DNA of 64,000 nucleotides, taken from NCBI GenBank assembly GCA_028534125.1, contig CM052817.1:72356001-72420000 (forward strand), in the 5' to 3' direction. Under the pieces are notes generated by a model. It was not told the origin of the DNA, ran no database searches, and worked only from the letters and a program-made list of their open reading frames with translations. This DNA is from Lama glama. Its lineage: Eukaryota. Shown piece after piece: positions 36,187 to 49,000 of the stretch. A program made the position numbers and the translations under genes. Within the stretch, counting starts at the first letter, position 1; every line of letters begins with the position of its first letter.

Positions 36187-39100
36187 AAAATAAGTGATGA
36201 AAACAGGTATTAAACAAGAAGAAATATAAAATTGATATGATCGAGTGTTAAGCCTTTACTTCAGGGACCACGAATGAAAAGTTGGCATGGCAATGAAATC
36301 CTGAAGTTAGGTTTTAAATCCCCTGAGCTGGGCTGCCTTGGTTTGGGGTCAGGGTTTCAATCCTACCACAGTTGCATAAAAAAACCAGCTATTGCATGGA
36401 GTAGACTTGACCTTCCTATTTGAGAAGAATTGAAAAGTCTGGGGACATTTTAGGGTGAAATATTCTTTCTGAGCTGGCATTCCTCCTTTGGTCTCTCAGG
36501 TAACTTAAATGACTTTCATTGGAGACTTTATTGGCAACTATACCACCTGCAGAACTTTGTCCATAGTCTGAGACAGAGTTTTTCCAAATTCCACAAATTC
36601 TAAAAATTTCCAGAATTATTCTGAAAAAACCCAGAGCTAGTAACTTGGACATTGCTAATTAATGTTTGCAAATGCTTTCAATATTGATGCTGACTAGGAA
36701 ATAAAGAAAACTAAATTAAAATTAACCAGAAGAATAAAAGTAGAAAGAAAAACCAAAAAAAAAAAAAGTTCTGATACTTGAAAAGGATTTAGAGGTTTAG
36801 CCACACTGTCACTTCCTTGAAGCCATCCTCAGTAAGACAAGCCTGGAGATAACCCAATATTTGAGCCTGTCATTCGGAAGTCACTTTGGATTTAACTGTC
36901 AATAATTTTGGAAGAAGTCTGGATGAAATTAGTTATAGACAGTTTAGTCAGTGATGAGACTCGCATTTGAAAACTTGGAAAATAAATTTGAATTTAGTTT
37001 TATCTCCAGCATGTCAAATTTCTTGACTGGAGGAACAGTTTTGGGGAGTAAATAAGGCACCACAACTATCTAGTGGCAGCTACTTTGAATTTCTGACATA
37101 TAGCCTCACGAATTTTAAATAGTTTACTAGCTGATATCTTGTTAATAAGTCTGATTTTAGTGACTCTAGTGTACAGCACATGTCAACTCAAATGGTTATT
37201 ACATTTTTTCATTTGACGTCACCTGAAAACATAGGAAAGAGGTTTTTACCTAATGAGATGATCAAATTAAAACTTTACATTTATAAAAACAAAGTTTAAA
37301 ACTCTCTCCATTTAAAAAGAAACAAAAATATCAAGCTAGAGATTTACATTTATTATCCAGTGCATGTAGTTGATTTTTTAGAAATTTTAAAATTGCACAT
37401 GATTAGGTATATGATTAAAGCTTTCTTTTGCCTACAGTCTCTTGAAACTCAGAAAAGTTAAAATAATTATACTTCTTTCATTAGTAGGATACTTATGATT
37501 TAAAGACTGTACTTAAGGATTGTGTTAATGCTTCTTTCACCCCAGTGACCAGAGCCTTTTTAGTAAATTCTGATCTGATACTAGTTTTCATAAGTCAGGA
37601 AACATTTTCCATATGTCAAGAAGTATTATCCAAAGGGAGTTCAGAGCCACAGCGCTCATGCTTTCTCATCGTCCTTCTGGCTGAAATGAAAGTCCTTCTC
37701 GGTGCAGGACCCATCTGAGAAATCACACAAAAGCATTTTTTGGTACACTATTGTTCTCTTCCCGGGTTAGCTGCCTTCTTGGACTGGAATCATTTCACAG
37801 TTTTCATTAAAATTATTATGAAAGAACAGCTGAAAAAATAAACTGAGTTGTCTGACTGGATCTTATTTAGTGTCATCAAAGAAAAATGATCTGTCCTAGA
37901 GCAAGAGCATGCATTTTTTAACAGCCAAAGTGAACATCTAGAAGTCAGCAGAGGCATTCGAATTTGCTGAGGACCCCACAAGTGCATGACTTAATGAACT
38001 TAAAAAGCAGCCAAGAAAGAAAACAATAATGGAGAAAAGTCAAAATTAGAGAAGTATGAAAAATTAGAAAAGAAAAACAGCTGTAAAAAAACTATTACAA
38101 AAGCATAGCAATGCGGGCAAAAATAAAATAAAATAAATTATCTAGAGCTGAAATAATTAGAGTAGAAATCCAGATTGTATAAGTATTAATATATTCATAT
38201 ACATTAAAGTGTAGGTATATTTCAAGACATTGAATAAGTAAATGTAAAGGCAAAATCAATTATTCTTGTATAAATTTTGAGTAGGGATAGATTCTTAGAA
38301 GCACTTAACTTTATCATTGGCAAAGGGAACAGATTTACATGGATATTATCTTTCACTTGTTCAAAAATTCAGTAGACATGAAATCTGTGTCTGCCAAAAA
38401 AGATAATAATGTCCTTGAAATTGTTTTTAAAATAATTTTAGATCATGACCACATCAATTTGAACATTAGAACTCAAAATGAGATTAGTTAAAATAGATGG
38501 ATCTTGCATGGTTTAATAATTTTTTTCGAATCAGGAAATAAAGTCATATGATTGTGAAGAATGCACAAATTAAGAAGAAATGTGTTTGACTTAACCATGG
38601 CTAAAAATAGAAAACAATTACATTCAAGATATTTAAATTAAAACTATAGGGTAAATAATTTTTACAAAGTGTGAATGCCATTGTTAATATCCACATAATA
38701 TGATGATTTCTTAAGGGGGGCTTTTAAACATAGCTCTGTATTAAAATGCATTAGCAAAAGAGCATTTTCTTTTCTGCTTTTTACTATTCCTGCTGTAGCT
38801 TAATCACGAACAAAATTCAGATAATGGAAATTGTTCTTGCCCACGGGGTTGTAAGCTAAGTAAAATAGAGGGTAAGGAATTCATCCCTTGAGTCCTCTAG
38901 ATTAGAAGTGCAAATTTGATTAGCAAAACATATACCTGACAATAAGTGTGTTAGGCCACTCTGAGTCAAACTAAATATTATCCTCAGGGACTGGCTGAGA
39001 GCTGGGCATTGGTTGAAGCTCAAAGAATATAAATTATAAATGGAAAGGCTTGAATGACACAGCTATTTATATATGAATATATATATTCTTAACTAGTTGA

Positions 39101-40698
39101 AGGCTTTTAAATAGTCTCACAGCAGCTGTTTTCAGGATGACAGGACTCTGAATACTGAAAAAAAAATGATCTTAACTTTGCTAATGAATGGCTAGAATTT
39201 GAAGCAAAAGAACAACTATCAAGAAATGGAAAGTCCATTTAATAGTACTCAAAAAGAATTTTAAAGATGCAACGCACTTGTAAAAATGCAATCATGTAAT
39301 TTATAAACTTTTACCTCTCATACATATTAAATACATAAAAAACCATTATTGTACCTCCCCAAACACATAACTTGAAATTTCTGGTGAGCAGCAAAACCAA
39401 GATATTGATAGATATTTCCCAGGTCTTAACATAAAGGTGCAAACCATTTGGCAAATTAAGCCTGTGTTCAGAGCAGCATAGACTGTATCTTAGATGTACA
39501 GGAGATGGGGGTGCAAAATAAGCCTGCTTTGCCCCACGTTCGATGCCTTAATTGGTCGCTTGTCTTTCATCAGCAGTAAGTTTTAGTGTTTCATTTTGCC
39601 AGTTATCAAGGTAATTGGGCAGTTTTTAAGATACAAAGCGACAGGCTTGAGATCACTTAAAGTATCTAAAAATGCGGTTCAAAATGAACATCTATGAAGA
39701 TTGATCTCTTTTTGCACTAAATCTGAAGGGCAGGGTCTGCTTAAGAAACCTACCTACGTTCCCTGAAAGTCAATGAAGGAGGCTCATTGCCAAAATCAGC
39801 TTTCGCCTGGTGAGAAAGTTCTTTGGGAGACCACATGTTTCATTTTGAGAATTTGTAATAGTGTGTAGATGAAAATATATACATGTATAAAACTGTCTAA
39901 ACTGAAACCTTTCACATTTAATATCTCCTTCCTAAACAAGTGATTTAGAAGAACAGGCAAATGCTTTTATATTTCCTATTGGGTATGCTGTATTTTTCTA
40001 CCTAGACTAGAGAAAATCTTAATCAAAAGAAATCATAAAATGGAAGAGAACTAAAACAAATCCCAAATTAATTTTTTGAGAGGAACAAGACACAGAGAAG
40101 AGAGACAAAAACCAAATTCTGCATCCTTGAGCCAACCTGTGATGAACCATATGTAGACTGTCTCCCAGAAGATAAAGCCAGACGGAGAAGTGCAGAAGAG
40201 CATGGAGCTTGTCTTAGCAAGTAAATGACCACTTGCCACTAACCCCGAGTTGAAGACAGGCATTAGAATGGCAGACACATCCTGCTGGGCAGCACTGAAG
40301 CAGCTGTATGTTGACCTAGATGGAACTGAGCTCTCTTTCTAAAGCATTTTATTACGTGCCATGTTGTGAATCCTGACAAGGTTTGCTCGGTAACCACTAA
40401 TTGGCTGGAACTGCTACCAGAAAGATTATATACGAATAATCTCTAATGACTATGAAGCAATGAGAGAAAATGTGAAGGACTTGAGAGTAATGAATGTTCT
40501 AAATTATTTTTTAATGAAAATGTTGTAACTTTGTTAAGAGAACCAGAAATAAGTGATGTCAGTGAACAATTACTTAACGCCATAAAGCACTGATCTGCTG
40601 TTTGGCCTTACTTCACAGTAGCAGCACAATTACCTTTTGATTGGCAAGCAAAGTGCGTCTCATAATGATAGTAGTGTGTGTGACTGCTTAATCAGTAG

Positions 40699-41414
40699 TT
40701 TATCAGCTTAATACCTTTCAGGCCCAAATTCACCCCTTTTGACTGCTCTGTAAGACTGAATCTGGGCCCTTAAAATACTTTTATCCATTGTCATCTGGCA
40801 CTGAAGCTTTGTCAAACAGGGTTCTGGAAAGTCAATGCAGGAAGTACAGGTTTCACTTTCCAGTTCTGATTTGCTCATTCATGGGCTCCTACAGCATGCT
40901 TGGTTTCTGCAGCACCAGGCTCGTGCAGCATTCCCAGCTGCTCCAGTGTTGGCTCCTGCTGTGCATGTGAACCAGCAGCCAGCAGCTGCCCTTGGCATTC
41001 CCTCCTCACCTTGGAGGGTTTTGTAGTGGGGAGTGCCTCAGGTGAGACATCTCCCTGTGAACAGCTTTCCCCGGCACCCCAGAGACGGCATTTCCTGCAA
41101 GTTCCTCCAGCGTGGCATCACAATGACTTGTCTGTCATCAGCAGGCATGGCCATGCTGTCTCCAACAAGGTTTGGAATGAAGCCCTGAAGAGGAGTCAGG
41201 GCATCTTCCTTGGGCACTCTATCTCAGCATGAAGGGTAGTGGCTGTTCCTTAGAGCTGCTGCATACTTTTATAGTCTCTCAAGTTTTCTTCCATTATTAC
41301 ATACCAATCCCTTGCTGCTCCGACCCCCTGTTATAGTTAATAATTCTTAATATTAAACTTTCTTAGTCTAATGACTGTGTGTTTTCTCTGTTTTGATTGG
41401 ATCCAAACTGATAC
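40699..41414 (+). mobile_element. ERVL solo LTR, LTR41/LTR33-like
   Basis: Starts t(t)tatcagcttaata...ggcccaaattcacccctt and ends attaaactttctt...tgactgtgtgttttctctgttttgattggatccaaactgatac, the typical ERVL LTR33/41 terminus. Accounts for the ORFs at 40788-41232. Confidence 0.75.
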
Positions 41415-42528
41415 CTCTGTTAACTAGCTGGCTATCAAAAGGCCTCAAAATATACCTGAGCATGCACTGCGTACCATATCTGTGTCAAATACTGGGGGTC
41501 TACAGCAAACAACATGGACGCGGACCCTCTCCTGGTCCTCAATAAACTTAGACGCTCCCTAAAGAGGTATAATGTCAACAGACAGTACAATACAATTTGA
41601 TAAGCTCCGGTGGGGGCATAATATATGTTGAATTGATAGGAAAGATGGAGGATGGAAGATTATCTCCTGAACCACATGGAAAGACATTCTCCTTCTTCTA
41701 AATAGGTGTGTACAATTTAAGTAGAATCAGAGGAGAAAGTTTCAGGGTTAACTTTGGAACTGAAATGACTTTCCAGGTGCCCATCAACCTTTTGATTCCA
41801 TGACTATAAAACCCAGTCAAAGTTGCTTAATCACCTCAGACTGGCTCTTTCTCCTGTGTTCCATAGCTGGATTGATTGTATTTTATTCTTCCTTGACAAT
41901 AATTATAAAAATATAGAGCTTATTCTCAATTTCTTCTTAAGTTATATTTTACACATAGAATTGTATGTAATTTCCTATTGACAAGACGTCATTCAAGTCT
42001 GTCCTGTAATTTCTTTATAATTCCTTGTCCTGCATCAGACACTCATTCTTCCACTTCTGTATTAATAATAATTACACAATAATTGCTCCATTTATTTTAT
42101 GCTAAGACACTTTTCTAATTAAAGACACAGTCCACACTTTTCTCACATATATCTGTATGCTAGGGCTTACTGTACTCTGTAACAAACCATCCAAGTTTTC
42201 AGTGGCCTATAGTAATTTGTTAATAATATATTCTTTTAGTGTTTAACCCCAGAGGGTATACCATGTATCCTTAACAACAGAGTAATAAAAAATACTCTCT
42301 AATTTCCTGAAAAAATAGAAATATTCGAGTTTTAGAAACATTAAAGTGTTTTCTTCTTTCCACATTTTACATTTTTGTTGTTATGCATTTTAGCTCTACA
42401 TATATTTTAAAATTTGTAAAATATTACAATTATTGTTCAATAGAGGCTATATTCAGTTACATTTACCCACACTACTTATTTCCTCTTTCTGATGCTTCAT
42501 TCTCTCCCTCATTTCTACACTTCCATCA

Positions 42529-42955
42529 TGTGCCCTGAGCATCCCCACATGTACTTGCTGGCTATGCCAGGAAGAGATGACCCTGACTACACTTTACTGG
42601 GACAGTGCTCGGGGTTGTGTTTGCAGTAAGCAATGTTGAGGACTGAGGACAAAGAGCAAGCTTATTTCTGCTTGCTGTAAGGGTGGTGAACCCCCTCTGA
42701 CCAGCATGTGTCTCCTGAAACACAATATGGCATCGTGTGGTTGTGTGTAGGTCTTCACACACGCCCCCCTGCATTACTTTGTGGACTTGGTGAGAGTCAG
42801 GAACTTGTACAGAAATGAAGTTCATGCTGTCTATTGGGCTCCAAGTAATACAATTCTTTGTCTCTGACTCAAGGATCTCCTGCCTTCTGCTAGAATTCAT
42901 GAAAGACTGGTAGGCTAGCTTGTGACCTTCTAAGTAAGATAAAATCACTCAGCTG
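42529..42955 (+). mobile_element. ERVL solo LTR, LTR47/LTR40-like
   Basis: tgtgccctgagcatcccc...ggttgtgtttgcagtaagcaa...ggacaaagagcaagctt...ctttgtctctgactcaagga...ggctagcttgtgaccttctaagtaagataaaatc. Embedded in degraded T-rich L1M sequence (~42230-43700). Confidence 0.7.
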
Positions 42956-43754
42956 AATTGGTTCTTCACATTATAGATCGCTATACAAGCTAGTATTGTG
43001 TTCTGCTCTGTCTGAGCTGCTTTAATTTCTGAGTTTTAATCAATTAATACCCTGAGTTTTAACTCTAGATCTTGTAGTTTTCAGTTTGAGGATGTCCAGT
43101 TTATTATTTTTGCTTTCAGATACTTTCTCTATTGGAAACTTTCATGTTTTCACATATTTTTTTCTGTATTTTCCTCCATTTCCTCTAACCTGAATATCTA
43201 GGTCATATGAACCAGCTTCCAGTATTTGACTTTCTTTCAGTTATTGATCAGATTGTCTTCCCTCTTAGTGTGTCTACATTTTTTTATTGTGCTAAGCATT
43301 TTGAACTAAAGACCAATATAGACTTTAGATAATGTTATTCTCAACCAAAGAGAGTTTGTTAGGCAGAGAGGGTGAAGGTCTAATCACCATAATACACTCA
43401 AAAATTAAGTTGGGGTGTGGCTGGGTTTAGTTTAGTAGAACTCAGTTTACTTCTGATTTTCCCCTGCTCTTTAGGTCTGAACCACATTTTTGGATTGAGA
43501 GGCTGGCATTAATCTGTGTCCTTAGTCCTGAAAGACTTGATATCATTCTCTTTACCTAGAATTTTACTTATCTCAGTGCTTCCAGAGCAAGTTAATATAT
43601 TCAAAAAATAAATTTTTAATAAATTATCTGTATTTTTCTATTTAAGGTAGTGGTACCACTAGCCTACCATAACCTATTGCATTACTCTCAGAAGTGAAGG
43701 TCTCCACCTGTATAATTTTCAAAAAAACTATAGGTAACTTAGTTCATCACAAAC

Positions 43755-43835
43755 TATTCAACCAGAATCTCTCGGGGAAGGGCTCAGGTTTCAGCATTTT
43801 AAAAAACTCTATATAGGTTTTTCTAATACACAAGA
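43755..43835. mobile_element. MER5-like hAT DNA transposon fragment
   Basis: accagaatctctcggggaagggctcagg...gcattttaaaaaactc...aggtttttctaatacac. Confidence 0.6.
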
Positions 43836-45671
43836 AGAGGTAAACATTTATATCTTAGGAAATAGAGATGTGAATCATATTATCTTTGCCTCAGATATTA
43901 GATCTCCTTAGAATCGAATAATTTCACAGTTTCTTACTAGAAAAAACTCAAGTGAAAATTTGAATAAATAATGTGAGTATCTAAAAATAACGGTGATTAC
44001 TAAAATTTAATGTGACCTTACTAATGGGGGAGAAAAAGTCTAAACCAACATCAACTCTATGCTTAATAAGTTTACTAAACAGGTAGATTAAGAAAACATA
44101 TCAAACATTGTAAGATGATTATAAATCAATAAAAAATGTTAAAAAAAGAAAAGATATCAAAGAATGACTCATAATTTCAAAGAAATTTCTGGTGGAGCCT
44201 CATGACATCCATGTTGGTAAAACGGAGAAATACCCTTTTCCTGACCATTAAGCTATAGAGTTATGACTGATAATACTGCTGAGTTCTGCCTCTCTGGTGC
44301 AAGCAGTGTTGTGTCAAAGCAAAAGGATGTTTCTATGGTGTGATCCTGTTTTGCTTTTCAGTTTTATCAGATATAAATTAAGGTAAGAAAAACATTTTGA
44401 TCAGGTTTATAGACTTCTCAGAGTCAAAAGATACTTTCATGTATTGTTGAATGGTTAAATCAAAATTTGTTAAAAATTTGATCTTCCAGAAAGATTAGCC
44501 AAAATAAACAGAGCGAAATTTATTAAACTGTATAAAATCCTCTTTTTTAACTTTGAAGTATCTTAACAGAATAGAGGAAATGTGGCTTTGACATTTGTGT
44601 GAAATGATGTGGAGACAAAAATGACCCAAAGTTTAAGGATGACATGACAATAGGAAAAAGGTATAAAAGAAAGAAACAAACAACCAACCAAACAAACAAA
44701 AACCTAAGGCAATTACAGACCAAACTGATAGAAGCAGGTTATCCAGAACAAAATTTAGTAAAATTAGTACCACAGAACTCTGCTCTGATCAAATCATATA
44801 AGGAATATTTCGCTTAGCTTAGGCATCATGTCATAGAAATTCAACTTAAGATATGAAAATCCTATCACATTTGGTTACCATTTCTTCTACTTTAAACTAT
44901 GTAATAGGAAAACACAAGTCGAGAGGTGGTCAAAACATTCACAGTTAAAGATGTGCTCTTCATGGGGTATCTTTAACTCTCAGTTCTGACAGGTATCAGG
45001 CTCTGAACTATCCCTGGGTTTCACGTTAGGAGAGTAGAAGTCTCCATGATATTCTTCAGTCTACAATCAATAAAGGGGCAGTCCTCCTTGCCCAGAATAA
45101 TTCCAAACACTTAGAACACTTCAACATATTAGTCATTTGATATGAGCCTCAGTGAAATCTAAAATCCCTTAAGGCTCTCAGTTGTCCTAAATTATTTAGA
45201 ACATTCTATTTTCACTCCAAGAGAAAAATTAGTAGCTAGGAAGAAAACATTGCCGACCCATGTGAAGAGAGAAAAGCAAGTGAAAAGATACTCTTTTGGG
45301 AAACTACCACTGGAGTCTTATCTCCTTCTGTAAATACAGTTTTGAAGTCAAGACCCTCCAATAAAGAAAACAATACTTTTTGAAAAGCTATCTATATTCC
45401 CAATGTGGGCTTCCCTAACACACTTCCATTCAGAAAACCTAGCTTGGGTGAATCCATGGTCCTTAACCATGACAAGAATCGATCCATACAAGATAACCAG
45501 ATATAGTATGACCTCTTGTTATCTGTGTCTTTAAGTGTATCCTTCAGAGTGTCAATGGCCTGTCATGATCAGAAATATTAAAGGACATTTCCATTTGCCT
45601 TTTTAAACTTCCCTTTCAGCCCAACGTTGGAGTTGTTGATCATGGTACAAGGGGTTATGGAAATAAATGCA

Positions 45672-45862
45672 TATTCCCTGAGTACTAGGAATTGTGTTAG
45701 GCACAATGTATACATTATTTCCAATAACTCATCTCAACACACAGAATAGGTATCACTATCCCTTTTCATAGATGAACTGAGGCAGAAAGAGGTTAAATGG
45801 AAGAACCAAAATCTGAACACAGATCTCTCTTGACTCAAATATCCATGCCCATTCTATACTAT
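45672..45862 (-). mobile_element. MIR SINE
   Basis: ctcaacac...taggtatcactatcccttttcatagatgaactgaggcagaaagaggttaaat...tctgaacacagatct...tgactc. Confidence 0.75.
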
Positions 45863-45979
45863 TATCCCACCTTTCTGACTGTTTTCATCCATGATTATGG
45901 TCGCAGAGACTGCTGAAAGATTACAATATATGTCTGGGTATCCAGTTAAAGATTTTGTGTTGAACTTGTCATTCTTTAG

Positions 45980-46031
45980 GAGCTGAGATACAGCAAATAG
46001 AACAGATGTCATCAGGCACAGCATGTGGGAA
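45980..46031 (+). other. Candidate 52-nt spliced exon (host gene unknown)
   Basis: Acceptor ttgtgttgaacttgtcattctttAG|G, donor GAA|GTAAGT, one open frame, and TGCATG at 46067-46072. No transcript evidence available. Confidence 0.35.
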
Positions 46032-49000
46032 GTAAGTGCGATTCCCGCCCCTCGACCCGACGGTCGTGCATGCTTTGTGCTGCCCAGTGAAAGCACGGAC
46101 AGTGCCCTCCTCTGAGTCAGGAAAACATTCCAAGATGTAAATCTTCTTTTTTTTTTTTTTTTTTGGTAAACCTCTGGCAAAAAAAGTTAGCCCAACTTTC
46201 TCCACCTGATAGCAAAATCTGTGGGATTTTTTTTTTTTATGAGGCAGATGTGAGTATTTTGCTTCTTCGTACAGGTTATGCCCCAAGCAGTTGTCATTCC
46301 CCCCCCGCCTTTTTTTCTAGTAGTGATTTCCAAAAAAATAAAAAATATTAATTTTTAAGGCTGTCACTTGCTCCACATTGCCCTTGGCATAGAAGGCAGT
46401 AGGGAATGTACATGAAAAAGCACCTAAGTGTGTGTTCAAGTTGGAAACTCTTAATCCTGACCCATTAAGGAAAACTGAAGTGATTTAGTGGGGCACAGAT
46501 CAACACCGAAAGAACACACAACATGAGTGAAAGATTGAGGATTATATCATAAAAAATGGGAGAGGTAAACTAACAGTTTTCAGAAAAGAATCCTGGGGCA
46601 AACTTAAGAAATGATCAAAGGCAAGCACGGCTAATGGTTTTAAAGCTTTTGGTAAATTAATGAGAATGACCTGGGTTAACCCATAAATTAGCTAAGTCAA
46701 CTATCAATGTTATTTATGGGAGCAACACATTGCCAGAAAACAAAATTTAAGTATTGGTGTACAGGACCCTTTCTGTGTGCTCAAAATGGGCTTAAACTTT
46801 AAATATCTTCCTGATTTTTTCACATTTCTTTTCAATACCTATTACTATCATGCATTTTGTAATCACCCATTCTCTCTGAATGCTCTGTGTTTTTTAGCAC
46901 AGTATTCTTTGGGCATACTCCTAAATGATGCACATTTATGTTTCTTTTAAACTGTATACTTGTTGGAGCATGAATCTAGAGAGATGAATCATAACAAATG
47001 TTTCCAAAATGTTATTAGTACTATTTTTAATTTCTAGATAGCTCTCTTAAAAGACAATTCCTAACCAGTTTCAAACCAGCAAAGTGTAACGAAAAACATG
47101 TATGCAAGAAAATATATAAGTACAAATATATTTATATTTTACTTCCACTTTAGAGTGATATTTTTAAACATCATAATGTTACATAGTTTTGTTTAATATC
47201 ACTGGTCATTTGTGATTGTAAATTAAGTTTCTGATAATTTAAGAAAATTAAGCAGTGACATCTCTTTTCTATGGTTCCAAGCATTCAAATCTCTTCATAA
47301 ATTCAAAACTTGTGTAAAGGTGATCCATTTGTTCATATAGTGTAAACTAATATTCCTGAAGGAAGAAGTAAATCAGAAAATCCTTTCTGAACCTACTCAC
47401 AGTGATAAGGCATCAAAATATAATGAGCTGCCTATTTTCTTGTATTGTTGAAATTCATTTAATTTTGTATCATTTATCCCTATTCAAATTCATGAAAACA
47501 ATTTTTTGTTTATATTACCTCTACATTAATGAGCAGTAGCTTAATGTTACTGACTTATATTTAAAACATAAAATTCTTTCAATCTTTAGTATTTCTTGAC
47601 CCTTTAGTTCATACAAATACTAAACTGATTTACTTAAAAAAGAAAAATTGGAGTACTGGGTATAGAAACAGGCACATTGTGAACACTTCCTGTTATCAAC
47701 TCTCTAAAGATGATAAATGTTACTAGACCTATTCTATTATAATTAGACTAACCAAATTAATTCAAGTTGATCAATGTAAGAAAATGAAGTCCATATTAGT
47801 ATTCAAGTGGGTTGAAATTTGAATTTTTGATTAAACTTGAAAAAGTTAGGCTGCTTAAACAACAACAAAAAAATGTTCAAGTATTCAGACATGCAGAATT
47901 TCGCTTTAAAGTTGGCAGCATTATAGCTATACTTCCTTCAATTATGACATGATTGTTATTGGATTATATACATGAAATTAACTGTGAAGAGTCTTGGTGA
48001 AAATGCTCAATACAAACAAATATCTGGTGAGCTAAAAAATATTTTAAATTTAGTCTCTAAATCTACAACATCACTTCTTTGGTTGTATATTCTGCAACAG
48101 AAATAGCTGTCAGAAGCAAAAGAAATGAGAAGAGAAAGGAAAAAGGAATAAGGACTCTTTCAAAAATACTCTGATGTAAAGCATCTATGTATGAAACTAA
48201 CCTTAGATTATCAATCAGCTTCAGTGTGTGGCTTCAGGTTTCAGATTCCATTACTTTGAATGAGCATCAGTCGGCTGAACAGAGAAAGCATTTACAATGG
48301 AAGGAGATGCTTTTCCAAAATCAGGATATAAACCCTCTTTTGACAATCTGAAGTGTGATTTTTCTCAGAGATAATCCATTTGAAACCAACAGTGACTACT
48401 CATTTTAATTAGTTGCAGGCAGTTTTGCAAATTAAATTCCCCACCTGAAAGTCAAAATTCCAGAAAGAGAATGCTTTCATTTTGTTAATTGCTAAGTGAG
48501 TTTTTGGGACAGGGTAGAATGAAGGAGGGGTTCCTAAAAGCAGGCAGATCTTAAATAGCACGTACCTGTGGTTATGGGGTGGCCTCTTAGTGGGGCTAGA
48601 ATGTTAGCATCCTGAATGCACAAGTTTGTGTTGTCTTTCAAATAAACCATCACAGTAGATTCACTTCAAATTAAAGCCAATCTTTTTTCTCTTTTCAGTC
48701 ATGTGCCTTCATGATTCTGACTTGCATTGGACATATGTGAAGCTTTTTTGAATTAAAAGTATGATCTAATACCTCAATCCAAGATTTGACGCTATGAAGC
48801 ACAGCATGCTAATCCCTTTTGTGATATTCACTCCCTTAGTGGCCTAAGGCAAAAATCTTTGTCTAGGTTTCAAAGACATATGAAAGTGCATGTAAACGTA
48901 CAGCACCCTCACAAGCCCTTCCATCTCAATCAAAGGGAAAAACTTGCTTGAGATTCAGTTCATGTTTGAAAGAAAACGTAGAACTGGTTTCTCTACACAA

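Noticed and set aside
40800..40830. CTCF site often carried by LTR41 elements
   Set aside because: The equivalent position reads gtcaaacagggttctgg, so the motif is degenerate in this copy.
42562..42948. 128-aa minus-strand ORF
   Set aside because: Antisense to an ERVL solo LTR.
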